The notes under the pieces were generated by a model. It did no database searches. It saw only the letters and a program-made list of their open reading frames with translations, and was not told the origin of the DNA. A stretch of 63,307 nt of DNA, the filler included, from Basidioascus undulatus (Eukaryota): the NCBI GenBank assembly GCA_000826855.1. It is 19 parts of 19 records of this genome, joined end to end, with 100 filler letters (N's around TTAATTAATTAA, not from the genome) between each part and the next. Parts side by side here need not be neighbours in the genome. Positions count along the whole stretch, not along the records: positions 52,198 to 54,316 come from JTLS01002903.1; positions 54,417 to 56,565 come from JTLS01002904.1; positions 56,666 to 58,813 come from JTLS01002905.1; positions 58,914 to 61,060 come from JTLS01002906.1; positions 61,161 to 63,307 come from JTLS01002907.1; 14 more parts are not named here. One strand, 5' to 3'. The number at the start of each line of letters is the position of its first letter. The first letter of the stretch is position 1. The position numbers and the translations under genes were made by a program. Positions 54,150-63,307 of the stretch are shown here, one piece after another.

Positions 54150-54316
54150 ACCTCGAGCTCCATGCTCATTCATTGCGGCGTTCTGCCTTGCGCAGCTAGT
54201 CTCGTCCATCATCGCCGCGTACGGTGACTGGGGCTTCTCGAACGTGCAGGGCATCTCGGGCGGCTGGATCGGTATTGTCTGAGTGTGGAACATCGTGTGG
54301 TATGTGCCGCTCGACT
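54150..54316 (+). pseudogene. Fragment of a plasma-membrane H+-ATPase (PMA1-like) C-terminal TM region
   Basis: FIAAFCLAQLVSSIIAAYGDWGFSNVQGISGGWIGIV*VWNIVWYVPLD, with TGA at 54280-54282 replacing a Trp. No upstream ATPase sequence is present. Confidence 0.8.
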
Positions 54317-54416
54317 NNNNNNNNNNNNNNNNNNNNNNNNNNNNNNNNNNNNNNNNNNNNTTAATTAATTAANNNNNNNNNNNNNNNNNNNNNNNNNNNN
54401 NNNNNNNNNNNNNNNN

Positions 54417-56022
54417 GCAACACGCGCGGCGGACGCAGTACTGCTCGAAGGCGGCACAGCACGCGCGGAGCAGGCGGACGTGCTCCTGCGCGGTAGCCGC
54501 CGCTGCGTCCCCAAGCGACGAGGCGGTGGCGGTCTTGGTCGAGGAAGAGCGGGGCAGCGCTCGCGCTGCATACGACATAATCGGTGTGACTTAGCTGAAT
54601 GTGCTGAAACGAGACTGGGACAAAACAGGCTCGACGACTCACCGTCCAGGTCGGGGTGCTTGACCAGCACGTCGATGCAGCACGGGCATACAGAGTCTGG
54701 CGCAATGGAAGTGCAGGTTAGTCGGCAATGAGCAGATCTGAGAGTGAATGTCGAAGCGGAGGGAAGTGAAAGGGCGTAAAGGAGAAACGGGACGAGAAAA
54801 GACGCACCGTCATCGTCCTCCTCCTCCTTGTCGCTCTCATCCTCGTCGCAGCAGGACTTCTTCTCGGTGTCCTTCTCGTCGTCGCGTCCACAGCAGCACG
54901 AGTCCTTCTCATCGTTGGCCCCGTAGCATGAGTCCTTCTCATCCTCGTCCTCGCCGCCGCAGCCGCCGCAGCATGTGTCGGCCTTCTCCTCGGCGCCGCT
55001 GCCGGTTCCCGCACAGCAGGAAGCTTTCTCGGGAGGGGTGCCGCAGCCGGCAATCGGGGCTGCTAAATTGATGCGAGGTCGTCAGTCGCATGCTAGAAAA
55101 ATGAAAGAAAAGCGGGCCCGGGGCGTGGAGGGAATGAAGACTTGCGCTTATCGGGAAGAGTCGGCTGCTTGATGCAGCATGTGCAGGCCACATCTAGCAG
55201 ATGAGGAATGGAAGAGCAGGACGTCAGTTGGGGACGGTATGACGTGAGCGTGACCGTGGGATGCAGAAGGGAGCGTGGGGGTGGCGCAACGTGCAAGGGT
55301 GGAAGGGAGACACGAGAAGGGAAGAGAAATGACACACCATCATCGGTGTCAACTCCCTCGTCGCAGCACGGCTTTTTCTGCGTGTTGGCTCCACCGCAGC
55401 ATGAGTCCTTCTCGCCGTCAGCGACCTCGTAGCAAGCCCTCTTCTCGCGAGCGTCGAAGCAAATGGCCTTCTCGACGTCGATTTTGACCGCGCCGCCGCC
55501 GGCCGTCCCGCAGCAGGACGCCTTCTCGGTCGGGGCGAGGCACGAGGTGGTGGTCGGAGCTGTCTCTGGATTTCGTCGAATCGATGGTGATTCTAACGCT
55601 GTCAGTACTTCGTTGTCGGCGCAGCAACCGCAGACGGAGTCTGCAAGGCGGCCGAGGCGTCAGTAACAATACCCAACAGAGTATGAGCTTGCCAAGCATC
55701 CCACCCAGAATGCCACTGTACTACACGAGAATACTATACGCACCGTCGTCGATTCCGTCCTTCGGGTCGCTCTCTTCCCCGCCGTCACAACACGGGCTAC
55801 GCTCCTCCATATCCGCGTCGCCGCGCAACTCGACGCTGCCAAGCTCGTGGGAGGGGGAAGGTGCTGTCCGAACAATCAGTCGCGAATCAGTTTTATGTAT
55901 CGCGACCGCAAACCGCCGCGCCCGACAAACGCACGAATGAGCTGGGTGCCGGAGCCCTCCGGACCGTCAGCCTCCCGGGGCACGCTGTGCGGCGGTGACG
56001 TTGGCGCCCACGAGCACGGCAT
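54417..56022 (-). CDS. Cys-Cys-rich putative metal-binding protein (possible N-terminus of a Pca1-like P1B ATPase), 3' truncated
   Basis: Seven phase-consistent exons: MPCSWAP..|..SPCCDGG..IDD|DSVCGCCAD..KASCCG..KDSCCGG..KKPCCDEG..DD|DVACTCCIK..|..KASCCAG..DTCCGGCG..DSCCCG..KKSCCDE..DDD|DSVCPCCIDV..|..LLRACCAAFEQYCVRRACC. Confidence 0.75.
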
Positions 56023-56473
56023 TGTTGGTATAAGCGGGTGGAAAGCCAGCAGGTGTGCCAGGGAGTATGAAGGCGAGTATGAAGACGTCGAGAGGAAAAT
56101 GACCCAAGTGAACGTTCAATGCAAAGGCGGGCAATCTCGATAACGCGAGCGCATCGAGGTTTGTCGTTATCTCTTGTCTCGGACTTGCGCGCAGCCGCGG
56201 GCTACCCGCAGCATGACCTTGGGAGGCGTGTCGAACGCAGCTTTGACTGCAATTGCTCCCGTCTTTTATCTCCAGACCCAAAGCACAGCTAAAAGGGATG
56301 TGACTCTCATGTAAGGTAATTTGACTCTGGTGCGATAATTGCGTAGAGGCTTCACGTGATCGCTGTTGTTCTGGAAGATGACCTAACTTCCAAGCCCAAG
56401 CTGACTTTCTGACCATTCCTCCGCAATGCCGTTACATCTATCCAATGGAGCTTTATCTCCTCATCGGCTTGAC

Positions 56474-56565
56474 TTAGGTTAGGTTAGGTTAGGTTAGGTT
56501 AGGTTGGGTTAGGGTTAGGTTGGGTTAGGTTAGGGTTAGGTTAGGTTAGGTTAGGTTAGGGTTAG
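56474..56565 (+). repeat. Telomere-like array at contig end, mostly TTAGG with TTAGGG and TTGGG variants
   Basis: Parsed as 12 x TTAGG, 3 x TTAGGG, 2 x TTGGG plus a partial unit. The G-rich strand runs 5'->3' into the contig end. Confidence 0.85.
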
Positions 56566-56665
56566 NNNNNNNNNNNNNNNNNNNNNNNNNNNNNNNNNNN
56601 NNNNNNNNNTTAATTAATTAANNNNNNNNNNNNNNNNNNNNNNNNNNNNNNNNNNNNNNNNNNNN

Positions 56666-57736
56666 GTAAAATAAAGGGAGGGGGGCTGAGTGTTGTTGTT
56701 CAAGATGGAGGGGGAGGGCGTGCGGTGGTGCGAGTGCGACTCGGCAGGGTGCCGGGAGTGGGAGGTGGATGCTGAGAGAGTGGAGGATCGGCGGCTACAA
56801 CAGTAAAAAGAGTGTTGGCGCGTGAGCGAGGGAATGTGGATGAGAGTGGGATTCATGCATCACAACGCACCGCTCCAAACTGTCTGTCCTCGGCGGCCTC
56901 ACCGGTGGAGGCGGCTGCAGTCCTCCGATCGGCCCCAGCCCCAGCCCGACCGGACTGGCCATGCCATCCGCCCCCTCCTGCGGCGGCGCATAGTTGTAGC
57001 TCCCCATCCTCACGGGCGCAGCGACCGGCCGCTCGACCGGCTTGGCCTGCCCCATCTCGGGGGTGACCGCCCCGCGCCCCGCCCCGCCCGGTGGACCGAA
57101 CGTCGGGGTCGTGAAGGGCAGGGGCGATTCAGGTCGGGGCGTCTGCTCATCCTCGTCCTCGCCCGTGCCAGTAGGGGAGTGGGTGAGGTGCTGCGCGCCA
57201 GCGGAAGATGGGGCTGACGAGGGCGCCGCGGCGCTTCGGGGAGGGCTGTGGCTGCGTCGCACGGTGTTGGGGGCTGTGTTGTACGCCGAGCTAGACGCGG
57301 ACGCGAGCGAGTTAGCGCTCGCAATCGAGTTCCGACTCTGCTGCTGCTGCGGCGGCGCGTAGATGGCCAGCCTCGCGGGCGGCTGCTGCGCGTGCTCCTC
57401 CCCCTCGCGTCCGCGCCCTCGGCGCTCAGCGATCAAGCTGGGTGGGAGCTCGCGCTCCGGCGTGCGCTCGACGACCGTCATATGCCTGTTCGGGTTGGCC
57501 TCGATCGAGCGCCGCTGGGGCGCGTCCAGCTCTGGCTCGGGGTCGTGCTCGGAGAAGGCGCTGGCGCCTGAGGGCATGTTGGGGGAGGGCGGCTCGGAGC
57601 CTGCGTCCGCGTGAGAGTAGTAGTACTCGAGGGAGAGGGTGGAGAGGCGTGAGGAGAGCGAGGGGGACGGGCGGGTGAGGGAGGTGGGCGTTGTGGAGGG
57701 CGAGAGGTGCGAGAGCGAGGGCACCGGGGACGACAT
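56666..57736 (-). CDS. N-terminal Ser/Pro-rich region of a hypothetical protein, 3' truncated
   Basis: ORF 56795-57736 starts MSSPVPSLSH with GC3-rich codons. A GTGCGT donor follows DSLER (~56870). Confidence 0.6.
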
Positions 57737-58968
57737 TGTGCCTGGGCTTGATCCTGGGGCCGCTGGTCAGTCTGTGTGTGATAATAGCAGTTTCATGAAG
57801 CTCGTGTGTTGCAGCTGATCGAAAGGGAAAGAGGAGGAGGACGAGCCGGCGCGGGTGCTTGGCTAGGCTGCCCTTCCGCCAATACGGTTCGCATTGCTAT
57901 GCTTCGAGACATAGCCTTCACAGCCTTTCACAGCGACCCCCGAACTCCAATGCTAGTTCCCACAAACTCACCAGAACAAAAAGAACAGTAGGGTTGGTGT
58001 TTGACCGAGCAGAGGTCGAGCCGCCCGCCGGATGCTTGACAGCGGCGCTAGGACGGCGGGAAGGGACGGGAAGGGTGAAGGAAGGTACAGTCCGCGTCGG
58101 GGACGTGCTCGCCGTTTAAGCCTGCAGCGACGATGTCCGCCGGCCGGGCACTGTCAGTGGAGGACGAAGGAGAAAGGAAGGAGGATGGCGAGGACGAGGT
58201 TGAGGATGAGAACGAGACTTACACCGTCGGTCGTCGCTCTGTACGGTCCCGCCCGCCGGCCTAACAGACACGTGCCGTGAAAGCTTGTCACGCCCGAGGC
58301 GCAAGTCGAGGTTGCAGATGCCTTGATGAACGCTGAGGTCTGAGAAAAAATGCTACGACCACAAGGAAAACTTGAGAAAGTTATGCTTGAACCAATGCGT
58401 TGAGCCGCATCATCGTGTCGTGTTGCAGGACACAGCCGTGGCCTGATTCGCATGGCCTCGGAACCTCAAGCCGCGGCGGTGCTGCGATGCTGCGTTGACC
58501 AAAAGACACTCTCCTGAACACATTTTGAGAACTGGACAATCGGATGATGTCAGTAGTGATTGCTCTGTGCGAGAACGGCACTGCAATGTTTCAGAGCAGT
58601 CGCAGTGGGTCAAACTACACAAGGCACACTCTAGATGCATCGTCTGGTGAACGGTAAGATGTGATATGGGTGATGAATTACTGCGAGACCCCAATGCAGT
58701 ACTGACAAATCAGACGTGCTCCTCCGTTCTCCGAGATTCCCAAAGCCCGCGCCATTCCCCTGCGCGTCCTCGCCGTTCCCAGCCCCTTACTTCCCACCGC
58801 CTCCTAGCAGTCANNNNNNNNNNNNNNNNNNNNNNNNNNNNNNNNNNNNNNNNNNNNTTAATTAATTAANNNNNNNNNNNNNNNNNNNNNNNNNNNNNNN
58901 NNNNNNNNNNNNNCCAGAGATCCGGAACGGGGAGGGAGGGGTGGGGGTGAGGGAGGAGGCCGAGCCGC

Positions 58969-60406
58969 TTATTTGACGATGAGGACAGGCTGGGTGACAT
59001 GGCTCGAGACGTCTTCGTTCCGGAACATCCGTCCGTCAGTGTGCTCGCGGGGAGGAGGAGGAAAAGGAGGAAAGAGGGAGGGAGGCAAGGAGGTGGGGGG
59101 GAAAGAGGAAGAACGTACGGGACGTGACGCTCCCGCCCGAGACGAGCTTGGACAGGCCCTTCTGCTTCTTCCGGCCGAGGATGACGAGGTCCACGGGGCG
59201 GCGCTTGGCGACCCACTCGATGGAGTACTGGTTTCAACAAAGGTTCCCTAAGTTAGCCCACAAGAATAGCCACGCAGGACGGGCCAAGGGGCAGATGCAC
59301 CTTGCTCTCCCCGTGCATGAGCTCGACGGTCCAAGTCACCTATTCGCCGACATCAGCAAATGGAAGAGACCAGAGCGGGAGAAGCGGATGTGGAAGGGGA
59401 AGGGAAAGAGGGAAGGGAAAGGGTAGAGGGAAGAGCGAGACCTACCCCCTTCTCCTCAAGCAGCTTGCCCTTCTCCTTGGCCGCCTCCGACGCACTCTCG
59501 CGCAGCTCGCGCAGCGCCTTGCGGTCCTGCGCCTCCGTCCCGTCCGGCGCGAAGCCGGAGGACTTAAAGAGACTGGTGGGAAGGACGACGACGATGTAGA
59601 CGCTGTGTATGCCAGCGGGGGCAGAGGCGTTAGCGAGGCGGGAGGAAGGGGAAGCCAGGAGAGGGAAGGGGAAGGAGGAAGAGACGGGGAGGAAGGGAGG
59701 AAGGGAGAAGGGGAAGAGCGAGGGGGAAGGGAAGGTGGGGGAAAGGAGGGACGACGCAACTGGTCACCCGGCTTGGCCATCTTCTCGAGGTAGTACTGGA
59801 AGGCCTTGTTGCCGTCGGGGGCTGGTGAATAGGAATTGGAGGCAGGCGTAAGCGAGCGAACGTCGCCCTGCGAAGGAAAATGAGGGTGGACGCACTGTTC
59901 TTCCAGGCGACGAGGACTGGAGGTGGTAAGCAACAGCAAGGGGTGATGGGATGACAGCAAGTTAGTAGCTATTCTACATTTCGCCAGAAAGCGGTTAAGA
60001 TGGAGGCTTACTCCTGCGGAAAGGAAGAGCGCACGGTGAGCATCAACTCGGTGCTACGGCCAAGCCAGGGAATGGAAACCAACGCACTTGGTGCCAGCCC
60101 GAGGGACCTCCTTCAGCTGGGTACCGAGAATGGTGTGGTGCTCCTTAGACGGCAGGGGCGTCGCCTCACGCTGGGCGTCCGACATGATGGTCTGCACGTC
60201 CACCATCCCCGAATCCCAGATGTGCTCAGCCTCTGCACGCTGCCCACTCGATCTTCAAACACAAGCCCACCAGTACTTACGTCGAACGGGTTGGTCGCGA
60301 GGACCTTGGAGGGCGAGAGAAGCCCCTGCTGGCCCTGGGAGAAGGCCGAGGTGGGGCTCGTCGGCGACGAGGGCTCGCTGTGCTGCGGGGTCGTCATGGA
60401 GGACAT
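58969..60406 (-). CDS. Universal stress protein (USP/UspA) domain protein, multi-exon
   Basis: Spliced C-terminal domain TKILVAWKNTPDGNKAFQYYLEKMAKPGDHVYIVVV..VTWTVELMHGESKYSIEWVAKRRPVDLVILGRKKQKGLSKLVSGGSVTSHVSSHVTQPVLIVK* shows the USP DLxxxG...GSV...PVLIV pattern. Confidence 0.85.
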
Positions 60407-60980
60407 GTTCGCCGCCGATGCCAGTATGAGATCGATGTATGGTCGTGAAAGATGGAATCCGCAGGCGGGACGCAGGTGGTGGGAGGAGGAGGGCAAGAGG
60501 ACTCTTGCTGGCTGGACGTGCACAGTGCACGCTTTTCAACCTCCTGCTCAGGGTCAACTACGGTCAACTACACTTACACGAAAGTACACAAAAGATACAG
60601 TACAATCCCCTACCTACAATTTAGCGGCTCCACCCTGACGAAGACTGGCCGAGAACGGCAAAAGATAGCGCGTAGAATGACTGTCAATGCACATCCGGAG
60701 ACCCACGACGGGGCTCAAGGAGGAGGCGGAGATGACGACATGCAGGCGCGGGGTCCCAGATTACGCGCTGCGCGCTGCACATGCATCGCCCTGTCTACGT
60801 TCGACTTCGCCCGAAACTGGGAGAAGGGTCAAGAACAATATGAGCTCAGATAAGCAAGCCACCTACACAGAGGGCGCGTGTAGCGGTTTATTCGAAGATG
60901 AAGAGGGGGAAGTAGTCGAAAGGACAAGACTGCGGCAGGGGACCAACGGCTGTAATGGTGGAACCCTGAGCAAAAAGCAA

Positions 60981-61053
60981 AGCCCCACGCGGGGGTCGAA
61001 CCCGCAGCCTTGAGATTAAGAGTCTCACGCTCTACCGATTGAGCTAGCGAGGC
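60981..61053 (-). tRNA. tRNA-Lys (anticodon CTT), intronless
   Basis: Reverse complement GCCTCGCTAGCTCAATCGGTAGAGCGTGAGACTCTTAATCTCAAGGCTGCGGGTTCGACCCCCGCGTGGGGCT folds into a cloverleaf with A/B boxes. A T5 Pol III terminator lies just downstream (60972-60976). Confidence 0.97.
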
Positions 61054-63307
61054 TTGTTGANNNNNNNNNNNNNNNNNNNNNNNNNNNNNNNNNNNNNNNN
61101 NNNNTTAATTAATTAANNNNNNNNNNNNNNNNNNNNNNNNNNNNNNNNNNNNNNNNNNNNTGATGCGCTGCATTCGCATTTCTTCCCCCCTCCTTCTCAC
61201 CGCCCCCCCTCCTCCTCTTCCCTCTCCCGCGCAGCCTCCTCCTCAGCCCGCGCAACCCTCCTCCGCCCCTCCCTCTTCTCCGCCGCGTACTCGGCAAAGT
61301 CCGCCGCACCACCTGCGAGCTGCGGGCCGCGGCGGGGGGCGCGCGCGGAAGAGGAGGCGATTCGGGTCCGAGTGCGGGTTGAGGGGACAGGGATGGGAAT
61401 GGGGGTAATGACGGGGCCTGGGGCGGAGTTGATGGGGGTTGGCGTTGGCGTCGCGCTCTCCCTACCTAGTTGCTAAGTGCCCAGAGGCCTCCCTGTCTCG
61501 CGGCCGCCTCTCGCAGCGCGCTTATTCGCCAACCTTATCGGCGCCCACCCCTATCCTGGTATGGTACACATGCTAGCCCCTGGGAGTGGGACGCACTAGC
61601 GAGTACCTATCTCCCTACTAGACGCAAGACAAGTGAGTAAGTCACCACTAGTACCTGGCCCCACGTCACGTCTCCGCAGGAGCACCTGTCACCTCCCTCT
61701 CGCACCTCTCATGTCTGGACTTAATCTGGCAGCTGGGCGAGCAGATGTGCACCAAACATCACGAATACCCGTTCTTCAATATTAATTCCTCCCGGTCTTC
61801 CTGGTTCTTCTCCTGCCTTCTTCGCTTGTTATTCCCGGCGTCAGTCATGGCGCGCATCCAGACTCGCGGAGGACGACAGGCGGCAGAAATGTCGGGTATC
61901 GACTCCGCCCTGCACGCCCAGGGTCGCGTTCCAACAGCCACCCAACCCGGGAAATTGTTCCGTGCGATCGAAAGACAGGTATTTGGGTGAATAGGCCCCC
62001 ACTCGTTGCCGCGTGGCGCGGGGGCCGCCGCCGCCGCCACGCAGTGGAGGTCTGTCTTCGCGGCAAGATGCAGCGACTGCATTTTGACTGCACGCATGCT
62101 GTAGTTTGTTGGTTTCTTCTCAACAGGGGGTGGACGGGTTGGGAGACTGCAGGTTCATGTCGGCCTCAGGAGCTTTGAAGATGTGGATATTTGAAAAAGC
62201 AAAGTGAAGATGATGCCCCTGTCCAACAAGACGATGCGAAGACGCCGCCACGGACGACGCCTCACAGCGAGCAAGCGGCAGGCGAAGGAGTGCAATTCCC
62301 ACACCAGACACCACGCTGTCTGTTTGATAAGGCCTCATAGATCTGTTTTCAAGAAGAACACAAGTCCATGGCTTCAAGTTTCCAGGAAGACGCTGTGTGC
62401 ACAACTGAGACCCGGCCCAGGTATCGTCTTCGCAACCAGATAGCATGGGTGTGCCAGTCGGCTGTATACCGGCTTCTGGCGGGGATGCAGGGCCCCGTAA
62501 AGCTCGCGCTTATTCTCAACACTATCTTGCATTCTCGCCACCAGTCCCCTGGGAGTCCCGACCCGCCCTTCCTGCCCCTCGGGAGCAGGCAGGAAGGGCT
62601 CTCACTTCACTACCTAGGGTCCTCAGACGCTCCAGCGCGATTCATACCAGCCCTCTCAGCCCGCACATCAATTTATTCTGCAAAGCCGTTTCGCACCCGC
62701 TACTGGAGCTGTTCACATTTCAGGGACCCGAGGAGTGCGGCGCTTTCCGCCATGATTCAGCCAACCTATAAGAGCGCGATTTTTTACTTCTTTTCATGGG
62801 CTCACACGATCCGGACGGGGAGTTGCCGAAAGCGCACGGTGAGCGGCGGATTTGCTCGTGTGCGCGCTCAGCAGTTCACTCCCGCCATCCTCAAACGGCC
62901 GTCCTCCCGCTCGCGCTATCTTGAGTTACGATTCAGATACGTACCGCGCTAGAAAGTCTCTTTTCTTTGTCCCCCACCGTGAGCTACTTTCTGAGTTGTC
63001 AGGGCGACTTACTCAGCGCGGGCGGTGGGCGGTGGAGAGTGGAGAAGAGGTCCGCGGCGTTTTCGCTGCTGCCGCCGTCGGTTTGTTTTTCTTCGTCGGA
63101 AGACGGACGCTGGTTGATGCCCGACCGGATTGTCAAAACGTTGGTCGGTTTTTGAAGCATATGTGCCTTCACGTCGATACCTAGGTGGGTGGACACTCAA
63201 CAGCCTGCAGCCGCAATCCCGAGAAACGGGCGGCACCCTCCCGTCCGAAGCCCCTTCAAAGGCCACCATCCACCATCTTCAAAACCCCCCTCCCCCTCCC
63301 CCTCCTC

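Noticed and set aside
54280..54282. TGA at a conserved Trp suggesting TGA=Trp recoding
   Set aside because: Intact genes here end in TGA (RAMP4, ARP2) and use TGG for Trp; the fragment is simply a pseudogene.
61161..63307. Last contig with several 60-190 aa ORFs
   Set aside because: No recognisable domain, codon bias or coherent exon chain; left unannotated.

Overview
Intron-rich, GC-rich fungal nuclear DNA. It is most likely a basidiomycete and possibly Pucciniomycotina, inferred from short introns, frequent GTGCGC/GTGCGT donors and protein similarity. The window is not one chromosome segment. It is one long contig (1-22734) followed by 18 unrelated contigs of about 2.1-2.2 kb, joined by artificial 100-nt spacers (N44-TTAATTAATTAA-N44), so adjacency across gaps is meaningless. 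The long contig mixes apparently intact housekeeping genes (RBBP4/MSI1 WD40, RAMP4/SERP1, HPC2/ubinuclein, a UBP9/13-type deubiquitinase) with four decaying genes: two tandem CNH-only copies, a lignostilbene/carotenoid oxygenase and an aspartic protease. The short contigs carry ataxin-3, NoxR, an MSS116-like helicase, an RPA1 5' end, an ARP2 3' end, a GATA finger, RPS26, ARL1, WBP11, an F-box gene, an exportin-4-like gene, symplekin, a USP-domain gene and tRNA-Lys(CTT). They also carry a long-inverted-repeat DNA element, a hAT remnant beside a PMA1 pseudofragment, and a Cys-Cys-rich gene built from repeated exon modules next to a mostly TTAGG telomere-like array. The most unusual signals are that array, a predicted 2-nt micro-exon, the Cys-rich repeat protein, the inverted-repeat element and the local gene decay. 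I see no evidence for a clearly new multi-gene system. All gene models were spliced by eye and family calls come from remembered motifs, not database searches.
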